DNA of 63,958 nt, the filler included, from Octopus bimaculoides (Eukaryota), in NCBI RefSeq assembly GCF_001194135.2. It is 6 parts of 6 records of this genome, joined end to end, with 100 filler letters (N's around TTAATTAATTAA, not from the genome) between each part and the next. Parts side by side here need not be neighbours in the genome. Positions count along the whole stretch, not along the records: positions 30,319 to 38,494 come from NC_069000.1; positions 38,595 to 45,918 come from NC_069007.1; positions 46,019 to 56,904 come from NC_068992.1; 3 more parts are not named here. The stretch is one strand, 5' to 3'. Position numbers and translations under genes: made by a program. Below the pieces are notes generated by a model. That model did not search any database. It worked only from the letters and a program-made list of their open reading frames with translations, and was not told the origin of the DNA. Positions within the stretch are counted from its first letter, which is position 1. Each line of letters opens with the position of its first letter. Positions 36,762 through 50,260 of this stretch are shown here, piece after piece.

Positions 36762-37490
36762 TTGAAAAATGGAGAAATGGAGACCACCCTCCCCTGTGGG
36801 ATGAAGTTAAAATAATAGACAGAACTCCACTGGAAAATATGAAAACTAAAAGAAGCAGCACATATGCTAGGACACAACAACCTCCTAAACAGACTGAGTG
36901 CAGATATGAGCAGCATATGGGAACTGGTATTAAGTAAGGATAGGAAAATATTAGATTTATAAGCCCTAAAATTCACTCCATATTTATGCATGGGCATATG
37001 GTGTAGTGGTTAAGATCACAGTCTACTAACCCCAAGATTCCAAGTTCAATTCTAGGCAGTGATCTTAATAATAATAGAGTCAAAATTAAAAGAAGGGTAC
37101 CAATGTTATCTAATGAATGATATTTTGACATCTTGTGTGTCTTCCACAGGTTCAAAAAATAATTTTGTCAATCTACTTTATATATTAACCAAAATGAAGT
37201 AGATTAACAAAATTATTTTTTGAACCTCTGGAAGACACACAAGATGTCGAAATATCGTTCACTAGATGACAATGGCACTCTTCTTTTAATTTTGACTCTA
37301 TATCTTCTGGAGTAGTTATCTCAGTCCTTTATATATTATTAATAATAATAATAATAATAATAACAATAATAATAGGTTCAAAATTTCCCCAGAACACCTG
37401 AAGAAGGCTGGAGAATATATCAGCCGAAACATTTTGTTAACAACAAACAAAATGAGGACAAATATCCATCGAATGTAAATAATGTAAATA
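36310..37490. mobile_element. Penelope-like element: inverted pLTR-like copy, GIY-YIG C-terminal remnant and direct pLTR-like copy
   Basis: 36770-36950 (+) encodes NGDHPPLWDEVKIIDR... with frameshifted K.KEAAHMLGHNNLL..SADMSSIWE, which resembles a Penelope endonuclease tail. The same tRNA-like + (AAT)n + CTGA(T/A)GA...GAAAC module occurs at 36310-36617 (-) and 36990-37490 (+). Confidence 0.75.
37077..37298. mobile_element. MITE, 222 bp, almost fully palindromic, TA target site
   Basis: GAGTCAAAATTAAAAGAAG ... CTTCTTTTAATTTTGACTC; arms pair over about 100 bp. Inserted in the (AAT)n tract of the Penelope-like repeat. Confidence 0.85.
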
Positions 37491-39775
37491 ATGGTTTATT
37501 TTATCAACTCTGAAGTAAAGCAAAGAGTCAACTCCAGTGGCCTTTGGATCCAGAACGTAAAGACAGACAAAATACTATCAGGAAAAATAGACATTAAAAC
37601 AATGATGAAGATGATGATTTGTAATACAAGCACAAGGCCACAAATTGTTTCAGGAGAGAAGAATTTTAGTTTGTAATGTTGACTCCAGTAGTTGATGGGT
37701 TTTTTATTTTATTGAACCTGGAGATACACTCTGTTGAGTGGTTGGCATTAAGAAGGGCTTCCAGCCATAGAAACTCTAACCGACTTTGATCAAACCATCC
37801 AACCCATGCCAGTATGGAAAATGGAAATTGAATAATGATGATGATGATGGAGATATGAAAGACATATTCAGCATAAAGGCCTGAATTCTGAACAGAAAGA
37901 GCCCTAAAATACATAACCATATAGTTCTTTGCTTGACACTGTAGAACAATGCTTCTAAACCACTTTTTACCTAAAGACCCCTTTGATTCCTATCTCACTT
38001 TGGTAGATTCCCCATCCCCAACCCTAAGACTTTCCATGTTTAAAAAATCCTGTTATATTTTTGATTATATATTGACTTCAAATTTTGGCATGGGGCCAGC
38101 AAGTTTGAGGGAGGAGTTAAGTCAATTACATCAACCCCAGTGTTCAACTGGTACTTATTTTATTGACCCTGAAAGGATGAAAGGCAAAGTTGATCTCAGT
38201 GGAATTAGAACTCAGAACATAAAATTGACAAAATGTTATTTATGATTAGATATTAGTAGGAATTGCTTGAAAAAAATTGTTAAAATATTTTGTATAGGCG
38301 CAGGAGTGGCTGTGTGGTAAGTAGCTTGCTTACCAACCACATGGTTCTGGGTTCAGTCCCACTGCATGGCACCTTGGGCAAGTGTATTCTACTATAGCCT
38401 CGGGCCGACCAAAGCCTTGTGAGTGGATTTGGCAGATGGAAACTGAAAGAAGCCCATCGTATATATGTATATATATGTGTATATATATATATATNNNNNN
38501 NNNNNNNNNNNNNNNNNNNNNNNNNNNNNNNNNNNNNNTTAATTAATTAANNNNNNNNNNNNNNNNNNNNNNNNNNNNNNNNNNNNNNNNNNNNTATATA
38601 TGTATATATGACTGGCTTCTTTCAGTTTTCATCTACCAAATCCACTCCCAATGCTTTGGTCAGCCTGAGGCTATAGCAGAAGACACTTGAAGGTGCCACG
38701 CAGTGAAACTGAGCCCAGAACCATGTGATTGGGAAGCAAGCTTCTTATCACACAGCCATACCTGACTATTTTTTTTTCTTCTTTGGCCTATCTTAAATAT
38801 TAACATGTACATGGTAATACAAATGGCTGGTCTTCAATAAAATATAAAATACATTATAGCAGACTGTCTTGGAGAGCAATTCCCCAGACATAAATATTCT
38901 CATAGACAGACTGAGATCTTTTTCTATTCTCTTTTAAGCTACTTTGTAATCTCAGAGCTGGTGGCAGGAGGACATTAGAAAGAACATCCAGCCACAGAGA
39001 ACATGTCAGAGCAGACATTGGAGCTCAGTGTAGTCCTGTAGCTTGTGAGACCCAGTCAAACCATCCAACACATGCCAGCATGGAAAACGGATGTATAACT
39101 AGGATTACAGTTTCAGTTTCTTTTACCTCTAATCATCACCAGATTACTTATTTCTAGCTGAATAAACAGTCTGAATAGAGTCTGGTATTCTGGGGCCTCA
39201 GTATTTCCCAGGATATAAAATCGGTCTCTGGAAAGTTCTTCTTGCAGATACAGGCCTACCTGGAGCAAAGGGTTTTGGGAAGGAAGGTCCATTATTGTCA
39301 AATGTAATGAGTATTGATTCACATTTTTTTTTAATGTAGTCTGTGAAATTCCAATGTTTCTTTTTAGAATGACATGGTCGGGTAGGTGCAAGAGACGAGA
39401 TCAAGCCGGTTTGAGCATAAAGTGTAAAATATTTGGGCTGGTCCAAGTGGTAAAGGGTCAAAGCCGTTTCTGGACACACGCCTCACTTCTTTATCAGTGA
39501 CAAGACTATGATGGTAGACCAGATTTTTAAAATGTCTAAAGTCACCTTATCAAATATGAGAATTTGTCATTTTCAACACCCTTACCACTTAGGATCACTT
39601 GATGGGTATGATTTGAAGGAGATTTGCCTACTAATTTTAGCACAACTGTCTTTCACCATTTTGATACAACCCACCTTAGACTGACTCTGGTGCTATAGCA
39701 CAAGCTTCCTGCTTTAAATGTTAATTTATGTTTAAATGTTGATTATGTTAATTTATGTTATAAACACCAACTTAA

Positions 39776-39996
39776 CCCTTTAGCATTCAGATTACTGTAT
39801 CCAATGTAATGCTTTATTTATTCATACTGTTTTGCATTAATCTTACATTATCTCACAGCTTTGAGATTTTGATTACAGGACTGTTTACTTTTAGCATGAC
39901 ATTGTAGGGTAGGTGTAAGAGACTGGATCTGGCTAGTTTGAACATAAAACAAATAGTACATTTTGGCCAAAAACGGCCAGTTTAAACGGTCAAGGG
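39776..39996. mobile_element. piggyBac-type MITE
   Basis: TTAA|CCCTT ... AAGGG|TTAA. Related copies at about 4154-4750 (interrupted by a SINE), 13050-13230 and 42652-42882. Confidence 0.75.
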
Positions 39997-40244
39997 TTAA
40001 GAATGATAAAATTGTTTTATTAAACTCTTTGTTATTGTGAAAATTAATTGAAACGAAGGCAGTGTATTTCATTAAAAATATAGAAACAAAAGGGGAAGGA
40101 AAAAAACGAATAATAGTTTACAACACACTCTGAAGAGGGAGGCATGAACACCTTTTGTACTTGGTCTGTCTGCTTAATCAGTTCCAACTGGGGCAAAACA
40201 ACCACAGTCTTTGAAATAGACAATAATTCAAAAATAAGCCTCAC

Positions 40245-40408
40245 CGGTCTTGCTGTTTGGCCATTTTCTCTTCTTTTGCCTGAGCTTTCATCTGTTGCAC
40301 CTCAATGGTGTCTGGTTTCCGACGGCGCATGTACAGCTCATGATTTCCCATGCACAGACTAAGAATACGTTTGTTGATCCGTAACCGGGGTGCATAGAAG
40401 ACAAAATC
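40245..40408 (-). CDS. MSN: ERM (moesin/ezrin/radixin) exon [54 protein letters not shown]
   Basis: TTTTGTAG acceptor, GTGAGG donor, 164 nt. Near-identical to ERM proteins; [16 protein letters not shown] is ERM-type, not merlin-type. The symbol is used for the invertebrate ERM orthologue and does not imply orthology to one vertebrate paralogue. Confidence 0.97.
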
Positions 40409-41659
40409 CTACAAAAGCAGGAAAGAGATTAAGTAAAGAGAAAATTCAGGCTGAATCAAACTTTTTGGAAACTGTCATTTGAAATGGTATTAACACTGGA
40501 TGTCCTTTGGCAGCAGGCCCAAGCTCTTTTGCACTAAGGACTGGTTTCACACAAGGAAGTTTCCTACAAACCTGGAGACCATCATCATTATTATCATCAT
40601 TTAACATCTGTTTTCCATGCTGGCATGGGTTGGACAGTTCAACAGGAGCTGGTCAGCTGAAGGGCTGCCCAGGTTCCATCTCCGTTTTGGCATGGTTTCT
40701 ACAGCCGGATGCCCTTCCTAACGCTAACCACCTTACAGAGTGCACTGGGTGCTTTTATGCAGCACCGGCATGGGCACTTTTACATGGTACCAGCACCCAT
40801 GAGTCCACATGGTACATGTGTAAAAACATTATATATGTAATGCATATATAATGCAAAAGCACTCTCCAGACAGCAACAGTCAATGAAATAAAAATGCAAT
40901 TTAAAAATTTATTCTTTTTGTGTGACCTGATACCAAATGGTCCACTGCTGGTGGTTAGGGACCCTTGTTTGATGGTATCTCCCCAGGTACCTATGTACCA
41001 CTTATTTCTTCAATTAAATCCTGTTTACATTCAACTGGCTTCATCTATTTAGCTACGGATATATTGGGTAACCATCTTGACAAACAAAATGTAGAAGACA
41101 TCACATCTTTTACTGGATCACTCTTTCGATTGTGGCCATGCTTGGGGGTACAGCCTGGAAGGGTTTTAGTCGGACAAAACAAACCCAAGACTTATAGGAC
41201 TTTTTTTTTTTTAAATTAACTTTTTAAGTCTGCTACTTATTTCGACTGTCTTGTTGAACCACTAACTTACAGGGATGTAAATAAACCAACAATGATTGTC
41301 AAGCAGAGCTGGTGGGGAGACAAACACAAAGATCCATATGACAAGCATACACACTTTTCTGTCAACCAAATTCACCCACAAGGCATTGGTCAGCTTAGGA
41401 CAATAATAGAAGACACTTGTCCAAGATGCTTCGCAGTGGGACTGAACTCAAAACCACGTGGTTGCAAAGTGAACTTATTAACCATACGGGAAGGCTTGCA
41501 TCAATAATCTCCAATTTCTAATAAGACTGGGAGATTTCGATAAAGGTATTACTGCAGGATTTTCCCCATGAATATTGCGTATGGATCCAAGTGTGGCTCT
41601 GTAGTGGGAATTTCCACTTCACATCATCGTTAATAATGCAATAGGATTAACTAAGATAG

Positions 41660-42506
<847 letters not shown>

Positions 42507-43278
42507 TTAGTGAAATATATATTTAACATGCTTAAAAGGAAATGAAAGCAATGTTAAATTTTTAAGTTGCTTTATATTTAAAAAAAAAAAGCCAAAACAA
42601 TCCAATATATTCATATATGTGTAGAAATTATAACAGCAGTCTATGTATATTTAATCCTTTAGCATTCAGATTACTCTATCAAATATGATGCTTATTTATT
42701 CACATTGGTTTAAATTAGTAATGCATTATCTCTGCGTTGAGATTTTGATGCTGTGACTTTCTTTTTTTTTTTAAATACATCACTGTAGAGTAGTTAGTTG
42801 TGAGAGGCTGGACCCAGGCAGTTTGAACATAAAACAGAGAACATTTAAGCCAGATATAACTGGTTTAAATGCCAAAGGATTAAAGCAGATACATATTAAT
42901 AAGTCTAATTGTAATATTTGTTGCGAGATACTGTTCCTTATGAGTACTGTGTTAAAATGAATTTTTAAAAATCAGTAGCTGACCTGTGAATTTTAGCGGT
43001 CTTTGTCTGGCTGATGAGCAAGGCCACTGAAAGAGACCAGTATCCAAAGCTGCAGAACAGATTCTAGAGTGGAAATTCGACATATCCACTCAAAATTTCT
43101 TTGTCTTTAACTGCAGAAAGCAGTTTTATAACCAATCTTTATTTCATTGAAGAATGTCATGTTTGAAACTAATTTTGTTGAGATCTGTCAAGATTAACAT
43201 TGTTACTGGAATAACTAGGATGTTTAATTTCACAATTGAAGAGTTAAGGAGGAAAAGACAAAGAGGCCATCAACTCAC

Positions 43279-43425
43279 CTATCTTCCTTCTCGTAGACAT
43301 TAAGTCCAAGAGCATCAACACCCAACCACAATTCTGTGCCACGTTTGTTCTTGATTTCAAAGTAGTTCACACCATACATTTCAAGATCTTGGACAATTTT
43401 CAGGTATTCCATCATGGCATCCTCT
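43279..43425 (-). CDS. MSN: ERM exon (R)[48 protein letters not shown]
   Basis: TTGCAG acceptor, GTGAGT donor, 147 nt, phase 2 to 2. Confidence 0.97.
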
Positions 43426-44153
43426 CTGCAAGGAAGGAATATGATAACAGAATAAACACCAACATATACTTTTTATCGCATGCACAACTTCACAAGAGCT
43501 CTCACACCATAACACACCATTTCAGAAAAGGTGTACATACACTCCTAACATTATGCAAAATGCATATGCACACACACATGCTTGCCTAGACACCCAATTT
43601 CACAGAAAGGGATACCCTCACTGACCATTATTTAAGCTACATTTTTCAATGCTTGCATGGATTAGACAATTTGTCAGAGCAGATTTTCTACAGCCATATG
43701 CCCTCCCTGTCACCAACCCTCACCTGTTTCCTAACAAGATATTTACCCAAGGTCAGAAATGTTTTCTCACCAAAGAGTGAAAACGGTTATCACTTGTTTT
43801 ATGATGTCAATCATTTACAACCATCAGGTGATGTTTAAATCACAAACACACAACATGTTTCTTTCAGTTTCTGTTCATTAAATCCACTTGCATGGCTTTT
43901 ATCAGCCCAAGACTATAGTAGAAGACACTTGCCCAAGGTGTTGTACGCTGAGAGTGAAACCAAGGTCACATGGTTGGGAAGCAAGCTTCTCAACCAGAGC
44001 CATGCTTGACTGTGACCATGAAGTGTGTATGTCTTCACAGTGGCCAAACAACCAAATGGAAGACAGCAAAAGATAAACATTGTTGATGGCTCACAAACCC
44101 AACATACAACCCTATCTGCTCCTGTTACTTCTACAGGCATTTCTTCAGCTTAC

Positions 44154-44237
44154 CTTAACATTCTCTTGTGTTCTTGATACCAGGTCACAATTCTCTCTTC
44201 CCACTGAGTTGGAGTCAATTTGTGTTGATCAAATACT
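44154..44237 (-). CDS. MSN: ERM exon (R)[27 protein letters not shown](R)
   Basis: TTCCAG acceptor, GTAAGC donor, 84 nt, phase 2 to 2. Aligns with moesin [28 protein letters not shown]. Confidence 0.95.
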
Positions 44238-44419
44238 CTGGAAGTTAAAAAGGAAAACATTAATTACCATTATTGTGGAATGGCAGAACAACAGTTAATA
44301 TTAAAAACTAAAAACTCTCAAACAATGCTCCTGTATGGCCACAAGCCAACAACCAAGCCCAGTAAAGCAATGAAACAATATACACATCTCTACAGCTACA
44401 CATTCTTTTATTAGTATCA

Positions 44420-44740
44420 GTTGACTGCCACCATGCTGGAGCACTGCCTTTAAGGAATTTTAGTCAAAGAAAACAACCCCAGGATTTATTCTTTGTAAGC
44501 CTAGTACTGTATCAGACTCTTTTGCCAAACTGCTAAGTTATAAGGACAAACACACCAACACTGGTTGCCAAGTGGTGGTAGGGTGGGGGACAAACACAGA
44601 CAGACACACATATACATGATGGGTTTCTTTTAGTTTCCGTTTACCAAATCCACTCACAAGGCTTTGGTTGACCCAAGACTATATTAGAAGACACTTGCAC
44701 AAGGTGCCACACAAGCTTCTTACCACACAGCTATGCCTGC
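44420..44740 (-). mobile_element. SINE family A (reverse)
   Basis: Reverse complement of family A. Other reverse copies at about 6655-7104, 8250-8395, 38610-38760, 41125-41500, 43860-44005 and 53045-53460; forward copies at about 38297, 45550 and 60742. Confidence 0.75.
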
Positions 44741-44949
44741 ACCTATATATGCAGGTACATATACCTTCACACACACCTTTTAAACTTTTGTTTCAGGTAT
44801 TGGAGAGTGACCATGCTGGAGCAACACTGTGTTTAATTGATCATTATGAGCTCATTTTGCTGTTCCATTCAATTATAGAGATGCAAACAGAGCAACAGCA
44901 ACAATCAAGCGAAGAGAAACACGAAAATGTGCATGTGTTTATAAAAGTG

Positions 44950-45263
44950 TCAAGTGCTGAAAACTGTGTAAGGAAAGGGGAAATCCCAGCACTCCAGGCT
45001 GAAGAAGGTCTTCACCCACGTAAGGTGTTTGGTGGGGTATGAAAGGTTTAGCCCATTTTGAACTTTTAAACCCAAACCAAACGATAACAAAGATCCACTG
45101 CAAGCAGCTTAAGTCAGCGCTAAAAGAAAAACGACCATCTTTGGTTTCAAAATGGTGTTCTTCCATCAGGATAATGCTCGGCCACACATAGCAAGGATGA
45201 TATTCTAAAGGTTGGAGGAGTTTGAATGAGAAATGCAGCCACATATTTGCCAGACATTACCTC
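44950..45263 (+). mobile_element. Mariner transposase catalytic-domain remnant
   Basis: Frameshifted EGLHPRKV..W.YE..HFELLNPNQTITKIHC..LKSALKEKRPSLVS..VFFHQDNARPHIAR..., containing the mariner HQDNARPH motif; runs into a gap. Confidence 0.85.
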
Positions 45264-46249
45264 NNNNNNNNNNNNNNNNNNNNNNNNNNNNNNNNNNNNN
45301 NNNNNNNNNNNNNNNNNNNNNNNNNNNNNNNNNNNNNNNNNNNNNNNNNNNNNNNNNNNNNNNNNNNNNNNNNNNNNNNNNNNNNNNNNNNNNNNNNNNN
45401 NNNNNNNNNNNNNNNNNNNNNNNNNAACTGCTTATCTTAATTTTGAAAAAATAAAAGTATTAAAAAAACGGCATTATTTATGAGAGGACCCGTATGTGTA
45501 TACATAAATGTGTGTGTGTGTGTGTGTGTATGTGTGTGTATGTGTGTGTGGCTGTGTAGTAAGAAGTTTGCTTCCTAACCATAAGATTCCAGGTTCAGTC
45601 CCACTGCATGGCACCTTGGGTAGGAGTCTTCTATAAACTTGGGCCAACCAAAGCCTTAAAGAATTTTGGTACATGGAAACTGAACGAAGCCCAATACGTG
45701 TCTGTGCATATCACATCACCACTGAAGAATTGGTATTGGCTTCTTTATGTCTCAGTAACTTAGCAGTTTGGCAAAAGACCCCGATAGAATAGCAAGCAGG
45801 CATAAAAGAAAATAAAAAGTATTGGGGCCAATTTGTTTGACTAAAATCCGAAGTGTACTCCTGCATGGCTGCAGTCTAATGACTGAAATGAGTAAGAGAG
45901 ATGTGTGTGTGTGTGTGTNNNNNNNNNNNNNNNNNNNNNNNNNNNNNNNNNNNNNNNNNNNNTTAATTAATTAANNNNNNNNNNNNNNNNNNNNNNNNNN
46001 NNNNNNNNNNNNNNNNNNTATATATACTTACATACATATTTATAAGTATGTTTGCACGTTGACGTTAGTTATACGGAGGACAGCCCGATGTACAAATTAT
46101 GGCTTACTCCTCTATGTCGATTTAATCGCGACTTTGAATAGTTGATGTTGCAATGAAATTGTAGGATGTTTATTTCGTACAATATTAGTACGTTTGTTTC
46201 AAACAGGAGATTGAACATTTATCAAGCAAAAAATTGCGGTGAGAACTAG

Positions 46250-47970
46250 GATGGGTGTACATGCCCGCGATGAAGCTGCATTGCACACCTTCTGCAACAT
46301 TATGACCGTGTGCTGAAATGAATATTCGAATTGCTCAAACGTGGATGTGATATATCTTGATTTTGCAAAAGCCTTTGATAAAGATGTCTATGCGATGATA
46401 TGTCACTAGCTGCAGAAATTCAACATAGTCGGAAAATTGCGAGAGTGGTTACATGACTTCTTAAAAGTTTCAAATAAACGTGTGACAATAAGCCCGTGAT
46501 ACCGAGTGGAGTGGGCCGCTGTTGTTAATGCTACATCTTCCAGACATGATACCAGTTATGTATATANNNNNNNNNNNNNNNNNNNNNNNNNNNNNNNNNN
46601 NNNNNNNNNNNNNNNNNNNNNNNNNNNNNNNNNNNNNNNNNNNNNNNNNNNNNNNNNNNNNNNNNNNNNNNNNNNNNNNNNNNNNNNNNNNNNNNNNNNN
46701 NNNNNNNNNNNNNNNNNNNNNNNNNNNNNNNNNNNNNNNNNNNNNNNNNNNNNNNNNNNNNNNNNNNNNNNNNNNNNNNNNNNNNNNNNNNNNNNNNNNN
46801 NNNNNNNNNNNNNNNNNNNNNNNNNNNNNNNNNNNNNNNNNNNNNNNNNNNNNNNNNNNNNNNNNNNNNNNNNNNNNNNNNNNNNNNNNNNNNNNNNNNN
46901 NNNNNNNNNNNNNNNNNNNNNNNNNNNNNNNNNNNNNNNNNNNNNNNNNNNNNNNNNNNNNNNNNNNNNNNNNNNNNNNNNNNNNNNNNNNNNNNNNNNN
47001 NNNNNNNNNNNNNNNNNNNNNNNNNNNNNNNNNNNNNNNNNNNNNNNNNNNNNNNNNNNNNNNNNNNNNNNNNNNNNNNNNNNNNNNNNNNNNNNNNNNN
47101 NNNNNNNNNNNNNTATATATATGTATGTATGTACGTATGTATGTATGTATGCATGCATGTATGTATGTATGTATGTATGTATGCGTATGGGATGAAGAAA
47201 AGAAGTTGCAATTTCATGCAGGAAATTTCCAAGCTCTCCGCTACCTGCAGGTACCCTTTCCTAACATGCCACAGCAAAGCACCGTTGGACCAAAATGACC
47301 GGCAATCCCACAGTCAAGTACAGTACTCTCTGTGGAGTAATATGTGTAACCAAGCCGCGTTTCACGTACTTAATTCCAAGGCGGTGGCAATGTTCAAGCG
47401 AATTGCCAGAGGGATTCTGAGAATCTTCAGAACAAGGAGCCAAGAAATTTGCTGATTCTACAGAAGACATTTGTTCTCAGTCATCAGGACAGCTGCTCTG
47501 GACTGTGGTCATCGCACAGTGTCATATTAATATCGGAACTAGAGACAGTTCAACGGTGTTACACCAGCAACATTGCATCAATGAAACAGCTGAGCTACTG
47601 GTTTAGACTGACACAGTTACAACTCTACTCTGTGAAGCGAAAAGGCGAAAGATGTGCAGTGATATACACATGGAAGATTCTGGAGTGTTTGGCACCAAAC
47701 TTTGCCAATGAGAACTATACTATCCACCGAACTGGACGTCACTGCATTTGTTCCAAAGGTTTCACCTATCTTGTGTGGAGTGAGTATGAAGTACTACAGT
47801 AGCTTGCGATTCAAGCGGTCACGGCTATTCAATATTTTGCCAAACCATCTTAGAGAACAACATGGAGTAGGCATAAGTAGCAACTGGACTACCTACAGGA
47901 TCCCAGACAAACCTACACCACGGCGAGAAACACAAAAGGGATCCTTAATATCAAACGTCCTCCTTCACTA
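46250..47970 (+). mobile_element. Decayed CR1/L2-clade LINE reverse transcriptase region, split by a microsatellite and a gap
   Basis: NVDVIYLDFAKAFDK...GKLREWLHDFLK (about 46338-46465); PQQSTVGP (VPQGTVLGP-like); FADS (FADD-like); YSVKRKGERCAVIYTWKILECLAPN. Confidence 0.85.
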
Positions 47971-48075
47971 AATGCTAATCATTACAGAATGGCTATTGAA
48001 AAGTAAGTTAATAACATTGGCGATGCCCTAGCATGACCACAGCCTCTGGGCTGAAACGAATAAAGGTATAAAAGA

Positions 48076-48107
<32 letters not shown>

Positions 48108-49499
48108 CATACATATATATATATACACGTATATGCACATAAATGTGCTTGTAATTGCCTATAGGTATGAATGAACACGCACACGCACGCACAAATATAC
48201 ACACACACACACTCACATACTTACATATGCAGCCACATATTTGTTTTTCAAACAGACATATACACGTTGAATTATGTGTCACTCATATAATCTGCTTCTC
48301 ATCACGTAAAAGAAAAAAATATCTATTACGTGCGTAGGTTGAAGTTTACGCATTGAAAAATCCTTTCTGAATGGCTAATAACAGAACTTACCAAAGAATC
48401 AATAGAACTTTTGTGTCTTGAACTGTGATGGTTGCTCGCATTTATCAATAGATGTTTTAGACCTGTCAAACCTTTCGTCCTGCCTGACATTAGATTCCTT
48501 AATGACTTTTCAATGAATGTTCTTTATTATATTCCATATTATTTAGAGAAACTTACTATCTAACAACATAGTGCCTAAATTATTTCTTTGACTCTGTTAA
48601 AGAAGAATATATATTTCTTAGTTTCCCTCGTTTCTACAGCTGTGCTTAATTGTTTAGACGCAGTAAAAGGGTCAACAGAAGGATTCAATGAGGAAACTCA
48701 CGTGGTTAATTCGAACTGCTAGGAATATGAAGCAAACGATTTTCTAATGACACCCTACAACCGTAAAAGCGGAATCACACATTCAAATACTGTAGTGCTT
48801 ATTAAACGAAAATGTTGGATGTTTACGAATATGTCTTTATTCATAGGTCTTCTTAATCAAAGCTGAGCAACCATAATAACATTAAAACAAATCTGGTAAG
48901 AAGAGATCATTTACAAATTTTCTTAAGCTGCATAATGTAAAAGTCTTCCTTCAACTATATTTTCTTTCTACAATTTCTAAATCATTTCGAATTTCTTTAT
49001 ATAAAGTATTGGGAAAGCATCTGTCTTATATTTTATAAATGTCTTGGAGAAACAGTATTTAGTTGTACCGACTCAACGTATGTAGTGAGTTCTCTGTTTC
49101 CGTCTGAACAGTTATATAAGGACAAGTGAAACAATCGCTTAGTTGTTTCAACTCTGATCTCCAAAATATTTATTCAAACGCCTGATATACAATAGTCATT
49201 ATATGATTATCTAAGTTGTTTCAACTTCGACATTAATAAATGTGAGAAACGATGTCTTATAAAATTCCATTTTATTACACATATTCTTGTATAACTGGGT
49301 CCAGTGTTTCTAATAAAAAAAGTAACCAAGAATTATAAATAAGCCGAAGTGTATATTTTAATCTAAAACTAGAAATATCACAGCATAACATGTAGTGTGA
49401 CCATTCTTTCTCGTATATATTCTTTCTCTTCGGCTGTCCGACATAGGTCGACATTGACTTTTTTTCTTCAGTAATCATCTCTGCCACTTTCGCATATGG

Positions 49500-50260
49500 G
49501 TTTCAAGGCCTGGTTTAGATCTGCTGCTGGTGAAGCTACTTAACGCAACGGAGCCGTACAACCACTCCTGCACTTATTGATATGCTCTTAGTCGTTTCTC
49601 AATGGCCGGAATTATGAGCTTCAACAATGGGTGCCGAGCATCGCGCCACAGGGCATTCACCTCTAATATGTCTGGAAAAGCGCTTGAGTTATTAATGCTT
49701 GAGTTCTCATATGTCTCGTCACCACATCTTTCTATCGTATCCTTTGGCCACCACATCTTCGCCTACTCTGACACAGTTCAGCATAGAAAACTGCCTTAGG
49801 GTGCCTGCCTCCTCCCATCTTGCAAACATATCCCACCCAGCGCAGCTGCGATGAGGTAAGGAGGGTCTCTATATTAACTGCGCCTGCGAGGCACAGAATA
49901 TCATGAATAAGATCCTGCCATCTTATCATCATAGTGAAGTCTGGAGAAGCAGCTTATATTTTTAAAGTGTCGAACTTGAGACCTAACATGCCGCTGCACA
50001 AGAAAATATGCCCACAATGTATTGTTGCTGGCCACGAGTGCTGAGTTGTCTCCGAAAGCATCTCCCTGATACACGTTTCCCTGAATTTGTTGGAGGCACA
50101 AAGATCAACGAAGTTCGAGAGCTTCCCTTCTGTTCTGGTGCACATGAAAACTCTGTTGTGTTGACTGACCTTCATGATGCCAAGAACAGCTCGAGGTAAA
50201 GTGCAGGGACAAGAATGCACCATGCTTTACAGCATGGCTGACTACAAACGCATCAGTAAA
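49500..50260 (-). mobile_element. RTE-BovB-like LINE 3' relic
   Basis: RWQDLIHDILCLAGAVNIETLLTSSQLRWVGYVCKMGGGRHPKAVFYAELCQSRRRCGGQ matches the RTE WQD...QLRWAGHV..M...R.PK..FYGEL..GKR..GGQ motifs. Confidence 0.85.

Noticed and set aside
39113-39479. Overlapping ORFs downstream of the ERM exons, checked as ERM coiled-coil exons
   Set aside because: No Glu/Lys/Arg-rich helical sequence and no similarity to ERM.
42995-43040. CTGATGA...GAAA near the ERM intron
   Set aside because: No stem I, weak stem II, and the cleavage position would be G; a chance match.
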